DNA of 64,000 bases from Mobula hypostoma. Its lineage: Eukaryota. A program made the position numbers and the translations under genes. Each line of letters opens with the position of its first letter. The stretch's first letter is position 1. The stretch lies in contig NC_086097.1 of assembly GCF_963921235.1 (NCBI RefSeq), positions 11,408,001 through 11,472,000 of the forward strand, read 5' to 3'. The notes below the pieces were generated by a model. That model had not been told where the DNA came from, did not search any database, and saw only the letters and a list, made by a program, of their open reading frames with translations. Of this stretch, positions 49,634 through 63,390 are shown piece after piece.

Positions 49634-50425
49634 AGTACTGTGTAAAAGTCCATGTGGAACCTTGTCAAATGCCTTACTAAAATCCATATAGATCACATCC
49701 ACTGCACTACCCTCATCTATATGCCTGGTCACCACCTCAATCAGGCTTGTTAGACACGATCTAAGCACATGTCTCTGGTTAAGCTGCCTAAGACTTTTGC
49801 ACACTACTGCTGCCACAAAAAACAAATTTCATGGCCTATGTGAGTGATGATAAACCTGATCTGATGTGTCAAAGTAAAATTTATTATCAGAGTACATACA
49901 ACCCCGAGATTCTTTTTTTCTGCTGGCATATTTAGCAAGAATATAGAATAGTACCTGTAAACAGGATCAATAGACAACAAACTGTGCAAATACAGATGTA
50001 AATAAATAGCAATAAATAATGAGCTTAAAATGATAAGAGTGCTTAAATGAGTGATGTTATCCCATTTTGTTCAAGAGGCTGATGGTTGAGGGGTAGTAAC
50101 TATATAGGTCTCTTGTGGACTGAGAGTGGGAAAAGGGGCAGGGAGAGGGGAGGGAGCAGGAAGCACCAGAGAGATGTTCTATAATAATCAGTCAACCAAT
50201 TGTTTGGAAACAAATCACCTTGTCAGGTGTCTCAGGGCTAGGTGTGTCTGCTCATGCTTTTGCTCCTGCGCCACCCGCCCCCACCTTGGCAGTCCTCTGC
50301 CACCTGCCACACGCTTCTCCTGCAGCACTACACCCTCACCATTCCCAACATTGTTTCATCCCATCACATGCAAATATGGTACTGTGCAAAAGTCTTGGGC
50401 AGCCTAGCTATATATATATATATAT
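49634..50425 (+). mobile_element. Tc1-like MITE, same family, with CR1 and LINE-tail inserts
   Basis: agtactgtgtaaaagtc ... gtactgtgcaaaagtcttgggcagcctagc(ta)n. Confidence 0.65.
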
Positions 50426-51840
50426 ATGTGTACTCTGTATTTGTGTAGTATTATCTAAATTAGATTAGGCTGAGTACTTAAGGAGTGTGCAGACCAGCTC
50501 ACTGATGTCTTCATGGACATCTTCCAACACATCCAGCACCACTTCCATCCAGAGAAACAATTATTTTATTCTACGTTATGTGTGCTAGAAATGACATTAA
50601 ACAATTGAATTTTGAGAAAACGTGATAAATTTCAAAGTGCAGCCAGCTCAATATTCTGTTCATCACTGTCCTGTAAAGCAAAGATTTATCAGGACGTAAC
50701 ATTTTGATCTTTGTTGCATCTGTTTGTAATTTTTTATGGATTGCATTTGTTGCACATGTTCACCATCCATTAGTCAGTTTGATCTCAGTGTTTTACATTG
50801 GAATTGAACTATGAATTAATTCATGATGTCTTATGCTTTCAATTTGCACTTTTTATTTTGCAGTACATGCATTATTTTGTAACTTGCATATATATAGCCT
50901 GTATTAATTAACTGTGAGTTTGCATTAATCGCGGGAAACTTTGTTATGGAGAGTTCTCTATAGAAGCATTCGTGGTGAAAATTAACATATGCTCATATAT
51001 ATTATCAAATGAGAATTGAAGTGTATAGGGCATAAAGGTGTGTTCATCCAGTGAATAAAACCATTCCTATGAAAGTCACTCATTCCCTATGTGCATATGA
51101 ATGTAATTAATAATCATTTTATATCAGAAGTAGGGGGATATAAGGCTATTTATAAATAGAGTATATATGATTTATAGGAGGTATGGAGAAATTTGGTACA
51201 GTAGACCAAATTTATAAAAGCCTATTCATCTCTAAATTATTCTGGTTAGGCATGTGTTGTATTGATAGAAAATTACTATGTATCCAATGTTTTTTGGATG
51301 TGACAAACGACTTGGGGATATATTCCAATAAATCTAATCTCAATGAACCTGGCCACTTAGGAGCAAAAGCAAAACGTAAGTACTCTAGCCCAGCAGGTTA
51401 CTGGTGAACTTTGTGCATCTAAAGATTCAATTTGTTCTGCTTTTGTATAGTTTTCAGCATTTGGAGCTTCCAATTTGGATTTTGATTCAATTATTTCCTG
51501 AGTCTACCATTGAGGGTTAACTATGTCACTCCATTACTAGTCATAATAATAACTCTTTGATAGAGCATTTTTCATACAGACAATGTAGTTCAAAGTGCTC
51601 TATAATGGGATAAATTTCAAACATGAAAATAATAATAATAAAACCATGAAAATAAGCATGGAAGTCATGTGATCTTAAGCCCACTCTATCTTAATCCTGT
51701 TTCATTTCCTTAAGAATGGTTCCATAAAACAGCTGAATTTACTCTTTCATAGTATGTGCATTTTTTAAAATGGGTGTTGACAAATGTTGGAGTTAATATT
51801 TTAATTGACTTATTAAATTTATATTTTAATTTTGTTTTAG

Positions 51841-51896
51841 CTGATGAAAATTCAGTCAAGACAGTTGGCAATGGTGCTTCATATGTCATTAAAGTG
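51841..51896 (+). CDS. VRK1: VRK1 second coding exon (56 nt)
   Basis: Acceptor ttttgttttag|, donor |gtaagt; with the phase-1 G it reads ADENSVKTVGNGASYVIKV, containing the subdomain II Lys (VIKV). Confidence 0.93.
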
Positions 51897-54800
51897 GTAA
51901 GTACAAGAAAATTTAGATCTTTTTAATGTTAACTTGTGTTAAATGAATTGAATTGAAACGCACTGGTAACACAAAATTCAGGCATTTTCCTTGAATGCCC
52001 ATTTCTAGCCAGTTAACCACCATAATCTAAACTGTTTTGAGTGATCTGGACTATATTTATGCCTCTGAAAATGTCCTGCAGCCTACCTGGCTAGCTTAAA
52101 GTCAAGTAACTTGGTTTATAAATTGTATGTAGTTGTTCAGTTTAGAATGTTTGATGTCTCCTATAAGACCTCATTTATGTTTTTTTGGGGCAGGTTTATT
52201 TGTATATATTCATCTGTTTCTGTTCTACAGGATAAAATGTATAACTTGGGACTTTAACAGACACTAAAAAGAGTAACTACGTGAATGTAGTGTTTCCTCT
52301 TTCCACTTATTTGGATAGGATTTGTTGCCAGCATTTGCCTCCAATATGCCTTTACTACTAAACCCTAGTAGTGCATTCTTGTCCCTAGAATCATAGAACA
52401 CTACAGCACAGAAACAGGCCCTTCAGTCCATCTAGTCTGTTCCAAACCATTAAAATGCCTAGTCCCGTTGACCTGCTCTTGGACCACAGCCCGCCATACT
52501 CCTCTCATCCATGTACTTATCCAAATTTCTCGTAAGTGTTGAAATCGACCCTGCATCCACCACTTGCTTTGGAAGCTCGTTCCACACTTTACCACCCTCT
52601 CAGAGAAGTTATTCAACTCTCATGTTCCCCTTATGCATTTCATCTTTCACCTTTAACACATCACCATTGTAATCTCACCCAACTTCAGTGAAAAAAGCCT
52701 GCTTTCATTTTTGGCCTATGTACACCCCTCATAATTTTGTATACCTAATCTCTACGTTCTAGGGAATAAAATCCGAACCTATTCAACCTCCTGGCAACAT
52801 CCTGGTAAATTTTCTCTGCACTCTTGCAGTATTATTTGCATCTTATCTGTAGGTAGGTGACCAAAACTGGACACAATACTCCAAATTAGGCCTCACCAAT
52901 GTCTTATACAACTTCAATATAACATCTCAACTCCTGTGCTCAATACTTTGATTTTTGAAGGTCAATGTGCCAAAAGCTTTCTTTCTGACCCTGTTTGCCT
53001 GTCATGCCACTTTCAAGGAAATTCCCTTGTAATTCACTTCTCTTAAAAACCAGTTTGCTGATGTTTTGCCATTTAAAAAAACAATTCCATTGATGTGAAA
53101 TGTTAAATTGTTTCTAGTTTTACGGATGGTCCAGTACTCCTAAACTTTGATGTTGGTTGTTGACTGCCTTGGACTACTACATTTCATTGATAATGTCACA
53201 TAAGTTTTGAACATTGATTTCTCCAATTCTTTTTCAATTTTTTATTAGTATCGTAATGATAAAAATTAACATAACATAGTAATCATACAAAGTTATTGGG
53301 ATTACGTTATTGTAATTATTATATATAAGTATAAACCCAGTTAATACATGGATATTAAATCTCCCAATCTTACAGGATCAAATATAGACAAATTAACATG
53401 AAAATGGGAAAAAAAAATACCCCTCCCAAAAAAAACACTAATCTACAAAATAGACCAACTAAGCTACAAAAAAAAAGACATGGGCTGTTGTGAAACATTA
53501 AAAAAAAGAACCATTAGTGTCATTAACTCCGCTGTCCTTAACATATACTAAAACGAAATAGAGTAATTTTGGAAAAGGTCAAATTACATCATATGAAAGT
53601 ATTGAATAAATGGCCTCCAAGTCTTTGGTTCTCTCAAACTATGTTGTGTTTAAATTTAGAAAAAATTAGAGTGTTATTTATGATCCCTCTATTAAATTTG
53701 AAAAAGCATGAAATGTGGTGGGGGGATTGATCTCTTTCCAATTCAGCAAAACGGATCTTCTGGCCATTAGTGTAAGAAATGCAATCGTCTGACAAGCTGA
53801 AGATGTTAAAACATTTGGTTCTATCATTGGTAAACCAAAAATTGCAGTAATAGGGTGGGGTTGTAAATCAATACTCAAAACAGTTGAAATAATATCAAAG
53901 ATATCTTTCCAGTATTTTTTAAAAAGAGGACTTGACCAAAACATATGAGTTAAAGAAGATATTTCGGAATGACGTCTATCACATATAGGATTTATATGAG
54001 AGTAATAACGAGCTAATTTATCCTTGGACATATGAACCCTATGCACTACTTTAAACTGTATCAACGCATGTTGAGCATATATAGAGGATGAATTAACTAA
54101 CTGAAGAATTTTTTCCCATTTGTCATAGTCATATTTTATTGATCCCGGGGGAAATTGGTTAAATAGATAAAGTAATCTTAAGTTCCTTTTCCCAATCGGT
54201 CTTAACTTTATTAGATATGTCTGGACGCATTTTCATAATTAGATTATAAATGTTTGCTGTTACACCTTTCTGAAAAGGATTTAAACCTAAGATTTTCCCC
54301 AGAATATCCGATGAATATAAATTCGGAAAGGTAGGAAGAACAGTATTTAAAAAATTTATAATCTGTAAATATCTAAAGAAACGGGATCTAGGCAAATTGT
54401 ATTTGTTAGATAACTGTTCCTGTTCAAAAGACATGAAACAATTATCCAAAAATAGATCACAAAATCTTGGTATACCTGTAGTTTTCCAAGCCAAATAGGC
54501 TTGATCCATGATAGAGGATTGAAAAAACAAATTAGATATAATAGGACTTGCAAAAATAAATTGATTCAACCAAAAAAATTTTCGAAATTGAAACCATATT
54601 CGTAAAGTATGTTTTACTATTGGGTTAACCATTTGTTTATGCAATTTAGAAAGAGAAAGGGGAAGCAAGGTCCCTAAAATAGAACCCAATGAAAACCCTT
54701 GTAAAGGTTTACATTCAAGATTTACCCAATGTGGACTTGAAGTTCTGTCCAAGTCCCATGACCAAAATTTAAATATCTAATATTAATTGCCCAATAATAA

Positions 54801-55791
54801 AATCTAAAATGCCAGACCCCCCTCCTATTTAAATTTCTGTAAGTATCTTTTACCTATCCTGGGATTTTTATTCTGCCATATATATGAAGAGATTTTAGAA
54901 TCAACCTGGTCAAAAAAGGATTTTGGTATAAAAACTGACACCGCTTGAAATAAATATAAAAATTTAGGTAAAATAATCATCTTGATAGCATTAATCCAAC
55001 CTATCAATGACAGAGACATTGGTGACCACTTAGTAAACAAAAGTTTAATCTGATCAATTAAAGGTAAAAGATTAGCCTTAAGTAAATCCTTATGCTTTTT
55101 TGTATGTAAAGAAATCGGTAACCAATTTAAATGGTAAACCTCCATAAATTGGAACCTGCATATTTGGAGGAAATAGATCACTCTTATTAAGGTTTAATTT
55201 ATAATCAGAAAAATTACTAAACTGAGCTAACAAAGATAAAACAGCATGAATGGATTTCTCAGGGTTAGAAATATATAATAGAAAATTGTCTGCATATAAT
55301 GATACCTTATGTATTTCATTCACACAGGTAATACCAAGAATGTCAGATGAATCTCGAATAGCAATTGCTAAAGGTTCAAGGGCAATATCAAATAATAATG
55401 GACTAAGAGGACATCCCTGCCTAGTACCCCGAAATAAACGTAAAAAGGGAGATTTTTGATTATTGGTAAAAACTGAAGCTACAGGGGTATAATATATCAA
55501 TTTAATCCAAGATATAAATATTGGGCTAAAATTAAATTTCTCAAGCACAGTAAATAAATATGGCCATTCAACTCTGTCAAAAACTTTCTCGGCATCTTGT
55601 GAAAGAACACATCCTGGACTAGTAAGTGATGGAGTATAAATAATATTCATTAATCTCCTAATATTAAAAGATGAATAACGGTTTTTAATAAATCCACTCT
55701 GGTCCACAGAGATAATTTGAGGTAATACCTTCTCCAACCTAGTTGCTAATATTTTAGAAAAAAATCTTAGAATCTACATTCAATGGAGATA

Positions 55792-57308
55792 CAGGTGTCC
55801 CTCGCTTTTCGAACGTTTGCTTTACGAAACCTCACTGTTACGAAAGACCTACAGGAGGTGTTTTCACTGTTACGATAAAAGGCAGCACGCGCCCCGAGCA
55901 GCCAAGCTTCTCCCCCAGAACTGCATTCTAGCCGGCATTGCTTAAACACGTGCCTGTGAGCAGCTGTTAGCAAGATGAGTTCTAAGGTATCGGAAAAGCC
56001 TAAAAAAGTTCCTAAGGGTGTTACACTTAGCATAAAACTAGACATAATTAAGCGTTTTGGTCGTGGTGAACGAAGCAAGGACAAAGTGAGTTTGGCTTGT
56101 GGAAGTTGACGAAGATGATGTTGAAGAGGTTTTGGCATCCCATGACCAAGAACTAATAGTTGAAGAGCTGATGCAATTGGAAGAGGAAAGGATAACAATT
56201 GAAACCGAATGCAGTAGCGAACGGACCAAAAGTGAAGTCGTCCAGGAACTGAACGTGAAGCAACTGCGTGAGATTTTTGCTGCAATGATAAAGTATGACT
56301 TTAATTTCGAAAGGGTACGTCGGTTTAGGGTATATTTGCAAGATGGTTTGAGTGCTTACAAAGAACTGTATGAAAGAGAAATGCGCGAGGCTAGCAGTCA
56401 AGCATACTATCGTTTTTCAAGCCTTCTACATCAGCCACAGCAGACGACGAACCTTGACCTTCGACATTGAGGCAGGCAGACATAGAAGAAGATGACCTGC
56501 CTGCCCTAATGGAAACAGACAACAACTCAGTGTCCCACCACCCCAACCCCCGGGCCGCGGACAGATACCGATTCGCGGAGAATGCAGCGGTAGCCAGGAG
56601 GCACCCAGCACATCTTTAAGAAAAAAAGCTGAAATAAACAAGCTAATTAATTAGGTGTCGCCCAGCACGTAAATGTCGGCCCAGATCAGAGGTGATTACC
56701 GATTAGCTTGTTTATTTCAGCTTTTTTCTTAAAGTTGTGCTGGGTGCGTTCTGGCTACCGCTGTATCCCTGCATGCTTCGTGGATCGGTATCGGTTAGCG
56801 GCCTGGAGGGTGGGGGCCACAGCACCACCCCAACCTCCAACTCAGCCTAACAAACCATCATCAGTGTGCTCAATGCTGTCTTCCCTATTCCGGTAAGCGA
56901 TACTACACTGTACATTTATTATTTCTACTAGGCTGTGTATTTTTCTGTGTTATTTGGTATGATTTGGCAGCTTCATAGCTTAAAGGTTACTGGAGAGAGT
57001 GTTTCTGCCGAGAGCACTTGCGTGAGATTTTCGCTACGGAGAACAGTGCAGGCAATGATTGTAGAAAAGTATTTCTACTTTATATAGGCTGTGTATTTAT
57101 CATATCATTCCTGCTTTTACTATACGTTACTGTTATTTTAGGTTTTATGTGTTATTTGGCATGATTTGGTAGGTTATTTTTGTGTCTGCGAACACTCACA
57201 AATTTTCCCCATATAAATAAATAGTAATTGCTTCTTCGCTTTACGACATTCCGGCTTACGAACCGTTTCATAGGAACGCTCTGCCTTCGGATGGCGGGGG
57301 GAAGCCTG
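55792..57308 (+). mobile_element. Internally deleted Tigger/pogo-type DNA transposon inside L1 ORF2
   Basis: CAGG...CCTG termini with TA on both sides; CENP-B-type start MSSKVSEKPKKVPKGVTLSIKLDIIKRF (ATG 55975) fused to an acidic C-terminus EVDEDDVEEVLASHDQEL; removing it restores L1 YRLISPLNVDSKI. Confidence 0.9.
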
Positions 57309-60261
57309 TATCAGTCTGTATGATGCACAATCAGTAGGGTCTTTATTCTTTTTATAGAAGCGCCATAAAACGATTGTGGTAATTTACCTAATCTGATTGC
57401 TTCTTTAAAAGCTCTGGACAACCAAGGTGAAGGAATAGAAGAAAAAAACTTAAAGAATTCCACTGTAAAACTACCTGGACCTGGTGCTTTACCAGAATTC
57501 ATAAAGGAAATAACACCTTTTATTTCTTCATCCATGATAGGAGTTTCTAATGTTAAAAATTCTTCTGGTGATAATTTTGGAAAATTCAGTTTCCTTAAAA
57601 GGTCATGCATAATGTTAGGATCATGAGGAAATTCGGAATGGTATAAAGAGGTGTAAAATTCTTGAAAGGATTTATTTATCTCATCATCATGTTTATGAAT
57701 CTTAATAATTTGACGTTCAACCGAATCAATTTTCAATTGATTAGCTAGTAGTTTACCTGACTTATCGCTATGTATATAAACTCACTTCTGGTTTTCATTA
57801 ATTGATTTTCAATTGAGGATGTTAATAATAAACTATGTTCCATTTGAAGTTCTACTCTTTGTTTATAGAGCTCCTTACTAGGAGTAATAGAATATTTCTT
57901 ATCAATTTCTTTAATTTCCTCAACCAACTGAAGTGTTTCATTCTTAATACGTTTTTTCAAACCAGCAAAATAAGAAATAATCCGACCACGGATATATGCT
58001 TTAAAAGTGTCCCATACTGTCCCGATGGAAATTTCTTCCGTATTATTACTTTAAAAAAAGAGATCAATCTGTTCCTTCATAAACTTAACAAAATCCGGGT
58101 CTTGAAGCAAATTAGAATTAAACCGCAATCTGTCTGATAGTAGGAGATGTATGCATTAACTTGATAGAAAGTTTCAATGGAGCATGATCAGAAGTGGCAA
58201 TAATGTCATAATTACAGTCAATTACAGATGGAATTAAATGAGTCTATAAAAAAAAGTAATCAATTCTAGAATATGAATGATAAACGTGAGAAGAATGAGA
58301 ACTCTTTCTCATTAGGATGTAAAAATCTCCAAATTTCTGAAATTCCAGAGTCAATCATAAAAGAGTTGATAAGAATGGCCGACTTATTCAGTAAAGCTTG
58401 ACTGGATATAGATCTATCTATCCAAGGATTTAAACAACAATTAAAATCACCACCCATTATCAACATATATTCATTTAAATTAGGAAATAAAGTAAATAAA
58501 TACTTAAAAAATTCAGGATAGTCCACGTTCGGAGCATAAACATTAACCATAGCAACTTTTTTATTAAAGAGTAACCCAGTAATTAATAGAAATCTACCAT
58601 TCAGATCTGAAATGATGTCATGATGAACAAATGTAATTGAGGAATCTATAAAAATTGAAACTCCTCTCACTTTGGCCTGAGAACTCGAGTGGTAATGTCT
58701 CTTCCAAAACCTAAAAAAAACATTGATTATCCCCTTTCCTCACATGAGTTTCTTGTACAAAAATAATATGAGCCTTCAGTCTTTGGAACACTTTAAAAAT
58801 CTTGTTCCGTTTAATTGGATGGTTTAAGCCATTTGTATTCCAAGAGACAAAATTAATAGCCTGAGCTATATTTTAAATTTAACCCTCTGGTATATAAAGA
58901 GTTAACCAGAATGTAAACTTATGAAATCGATAGAGGAACAAATATTCAGAGAGGAACCGGAAGTCACTACACTGCAGACACTTTTGTAGTTTGGGATTAG
59001 CCCAATAGAAAATGAAAATAAAAGTAAAATTCCCCCCACCCTCCACCTGTAAAGTCCCAGAATTAAGCCCTAAAGGAGGGCAAAGAGAAAATGAACACTA
59101 AATCTACCCCCATTTCTTCAGAAGGCAACTCCAAAGATATATGTTTTAAAAAAGAGCTACCGGAAAACCAAAAAAAAAACCTTATACAGTAATAATCTTC
59201 ATATTATGGTATCAAAAATAAACGAAAGAGGAAAGGGCCAAACCATATTATCAATCAATTACAGACATTAAATAATTGAAAATGGCACTTCAAAAAAAGA
59301 AAGAAAGGAATTATGGGAAGAAGAAATATGAAGAGATAGCATAGTAAAAAAATCAACCGCCATCTTAATTATGCAAGACTAAAAAACTAAATATTCCTCT
59401 GTACAGTAAAAATTTACCATCAAGTTGTTAGTAATAGTGTCAAAAATCAAATAAGAATACCTACGCTATTAACCAAAAATAAAAAATCTTGGAATTACAG
59501 AAGTCCATCTTCATACGATAATTATAGGCTTTAAAGAAAAAGCACATAAGAGCAAAGCTGAAACTGCGAGAGCCAGATATTAGTTAGAGTGAAGTGTCCG
59601 TAGCAGTTGGATAATGCTCATCCAGAAAACTTTGAACCGGACTTAAGGAATAGAAGATACGAGCTGAACTGTCCAGGGGAGAAATTCTTAATCGCGCGGG
59701 ATACAATAATGCTGGTCGAAGACCCTCATGGTAATATTCCGGCATCAAAGGTATGAAAACCCACTGCTCCTTCATCACTTCGGGTCTGTAGTCTTCCACT
59801 GAACGGCACTGATATTGTTGAAGTTTAATCATACCTTGCCGACGGGCAACTCGGATAAGATGCTCTTTATCATAAACATAATGGAAACCGAGAATTACTG
59901 GCCTCAGTTTAAATCCGGGGCCTGGTTTTGAAAGTAATGAACGGTGTGCACGGTCAAACAGTGGAGGATCATCCGGCAATACAGAGCTAAACACATCCTT
60001 TAAAAGTTGAGAGAAGAATTTTAAATGATCACCTTCTTCAACATCTTCAGGAAGACCAATTATACGTAAGTTCTGTCTTCTAGATCGATTTTTCAAGATC
60101 AATAATCTTAGATTTAAAACGCTCCAGTTGTTCAGTCATCGAGGACAATTGTTCCAAACTTTGAATTTTCAAATCTCTCTCCTGAGCGTCACTATCCAAT
60201 TCGGTAATTTTACTTTGTTGCTGTTTCACCGGATTCCAGTGATTCCAATTGAGTGATACCA

Positions 60262-60760
60262 ATGAGAGCATACTCACCAACTGCATCTCAGTGTGGTATG
60301 GCAATTGTCCCATATCGGACCGCAAAGCACTCCAGCGTGTGGTGAAAACTGCCCAGCGGATTATCGGCACCCAATTGCCTACCATTGAGAACATCTACTG
60401 TAAAAGCAGCCTAGGCAGGGCGAAAAGCATTATCAGGGGTGCACCTCACCCTAACCATGGACTTTTTACTCTCCTCCCATCCGGTAGGCACTACAGGAGC
60501 CTCCGCTCCCGCACCTGCAGGCACAGGAAAAGCTTCTTCCCTGAGGCTGTGACACTGCTGAACCTCTCATCACAGCGCTAAGCAGTATTGCATCTGTATT
60601 GTACTGTCTCAGTACTTATATATTTGTGTGCTGTAGCACTTTTTTATTATGTAAATAACACTATTCATTACATTTCTGGTCAGATGCTAAATGCATTTCA
60701 TTGGCTTTGTATCTGTACTCGGCACAATGACAATAAAGTTGAATCTAATCTAATCTAATC
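60262..60760 (+). mobile_element. Rex1/Babar-type LINE 3' fragment inserted in L1 ORF1
   Basis: ESILTNCISVWYGNC...LQRVVKTAQRIIG...LLPSGRHYRS...SFFPEAV; ends in aataaa and (aatct)n. Confidence 0.85.
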
Positions 60761-61128
60761 AAAGAGTCTGTAATTGGCTTTAAATCTTCTTTAAAACTTT
60801 GACGTTGTTGTGCGAGTTTTTCATCTCAGAGATTCAGCAGAGTATCATAAGTTAGTTCGGATTGCTTTTGGCTTCAGGTTTCTTCCTCCTGTTTCCATCG
60901 GAGTCTTTCCCACCTTTAGGATCCCGGGTTCTAGATCTTGTAGTTACTTCTTTACTCATTTCTTCAAATTTCACAGTCATAATTCAAGGAAAAATCAATA
61001 ATATAGTTTAAATCTTTAAGTGTGGGTAAAAGTAAGTTAAATAAGGGTGATCATAGGTTAAAAAGAATAACGATAATGGAGCGAAGCCAGAATCAACCTC
61101 ACTCCATGAGCGCCTCCTGGAGAATCTC

Positions 61129-61545
61129 GATTTCTCCAATTCTGGTAACTTTTCCCCCTCCCCCTTCCCTTTTCTTCTGTTCCCCACTCTGGCACCCCTA
61201 ACCCTATCATATCTACCAGTCGGTGCCATTCCTCTTTCCCTTTCTCCCGTGGTTCACTCTCCTCTCTTATTAGATTCCTTCTTACCCAGCCCTTTACCAT
61301 TTCCACCTATTGCCCACCAGCTTCTTCATCCTCCCTCTCCCACTCACCTGGCTTCACCTATTATCTTGCTTGTTCTCCTTCCCCTACTTGATCTTCTTGT
61401 TCTGGCTTCTTCCCCATCTTTCAAGTGCTCATGAAGGGTCTTGGCTTGAACTGTCAATTATTTATTCATTTCCATAGATACCGCCTAACCTGCTGAGTTC
61501 CTCCAGCATTTTGTATGTGTTGCCCTAGATTTCCAGAATCTTTAA
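61129..61545 (+). mobile_element. Penelope-derived 3' tail (target of the L1)
   Basis: Continues gaacattgatttctccaattc (NIDFSNF) from 53210; pyrimidine-rich tail, decayed hammerhead, ctgctgagttcctccagcattttg. Confidence 0.75.
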
Positions 61546-63390
61546 AATTCCATGCATTTATAAGTGCACGCTCCCTCTTCTTTAGTCTTCAGGAATAATT
61601 TCACTGTTGTGCATGCAATTGATAGTTCTTTATTGCATAAAGTTATAACGTCCTGTTTGTCCTACTTATGTGTCTAAATGCATTCGTTTTATTGAAATCT
61701 CAGTCATTGGTATTACATTTTAATTTGAAATTTATACCTATAACAATGTATTAATGTTGATCATTCTGCAGAGGAGGTGTGGGCAGATTGTCTGCTAATA
61801 TAGATTTTACTGCAGATTGAATAGTTTGCCATCGGCTCTTCACCCATAAAAGTGAGCATCAAGAGCAGTGTGTTTACCTCACAATTTTGCCAGCAGCCTC
61901 CATGATCCTGTTCTCCATGAGGGATGCAGATTTTAAAGTCAAAGCAGCGCCTGTTCATTTAAATGTGCATTTGATATCTGAATGCGATCATTGGAACTGC
62001 TGGTATCTCACTTTCTCGGCTTCACTGATTTATAGGAATTACTTATGCCTTTAAGATTCTGATTAGAATTATTAATAGATTTAATAGTGGGTAGGAGAAC
62101 TGAAGTGGTTATCCAAACAATTATAGCTGAGTGTTCTCCTGCATTTTAATATTACCTTTGACACTTTATATGCTGTAACTACTTTTCGTTGGGGGAGAAA
62201 AAGACAGTTGCTAATTTGATTTAATTAAGCTTCTCTTGGGCATCACTGATAACATCTGGATTGATTTGTAACGTGTTGAAATAGCATTTAGACAATAATT
62301 TTGATTAACAGCGCTGCCCCATAGCTTTGGCCTGTTTGATTAGTCGTGTCTGCAAAAATTTGTAATAGAACATTGAACAGTGGAATTGTATGCAAAATAT
62401 TTTACAATTTGCTTGTCTAATTAAATATGAAGCTTTAGAATGCTGGTCAGTAAGGGTTACTGGTTAAAATAATGCATCAAATGGAAACTTAACTGATCTG
62501 TTATCAATGAACATAGTTTGCTTTTTCTGTTATTGTGAACAAATTTCTTGCTAGAATTCTGAGCTGTAGAAGTTCCTGCTGCTTCTTGCCATATTGAACA
62601 AGTTTGGGTATAACACGAGAAGCTTGAGTCTTGATGCAGAGTCTCAGCGCGAAATGTCGACTGTTCACTCTTTTCCATTGATGCTGCCTGGCCTGCTGAC
62701 CTCCTCCAGCATTTTGTGTGTGTAAACTTGGCTATAGATAGACATCTAATATGAGATTGATAATACTGTCCTTCCTCCTTTGGATCATAAATTAGGATTT
62801 ATTCTGATATGAAGAGATAATTTGCGACAAAATAAATTGAATTTACCCAGTCAGACTCCATTCTTTTTGGTAAATTCCAGGTTCACAACCTAAAAGTATA
62901 CCTGAAGTAAAACCTTAATTAGATTGGCTGGCAGATGGAAGCAGCAATCACAGTGGATGTTATTTTAGTTGTAGCAGAGTACAGATTGTTACTGTTTTGT
63001 ATAATTTACTGCCCAAAGCAGTACTTTTAATCTACCTTTAAATGTTTGTTGGATTTGTGATTGTTTTATTTATTGCATATGTATTGTAGACTACATCTTT
63101 CATTAAGATTTGATGTAAGGCACAATGCATTTACTCTACAAAGTTAGGTTGCTTTCTTCTGAATGCCATCAGAGCCTTTTGAGAAGGAGTTGCACATGAC
63201 TTCAGCACCTCCCTAGAATTTTCTGTTGAGTTTATACAGTAAATAATACCTTGAAATATGCCACCTTTATGATCTTCACATATTTGTAATATTGTATTAT
63301 GGTCTAAGCAAATTTGAATTTTTTTCCTTGCAGAAAAAATTGCTTGGTGTCTCAATTAAAAAAACCATCTATGTTTTTTTTCTTCTCTAG

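Larger units (their letters stand above)
53231..61128 (-). mobile_element. Full-length decayed L1 (LINE-1) retrotransposon, antisense in a VRK1 intron
   Basis: ORF1 remnants (NRSRRQNLRIIGLPE, LYPARLRI); ORF2 APE endonuclease (SWNTNGL, QETH, MGGDFN) and RT (RGTRQGCPLSPLLF, LYADN); A-rich 3' end; 15-bp TSD GATTTCTCCAATTCT at 53216-53230 and 61129-61143. Confidence 0.95.

Noticed and set aside
55767..56285. 172-aa minus-strand ORF
   Set aside because: Antisense shadow of the Tigger remnant; no recognisable domain.
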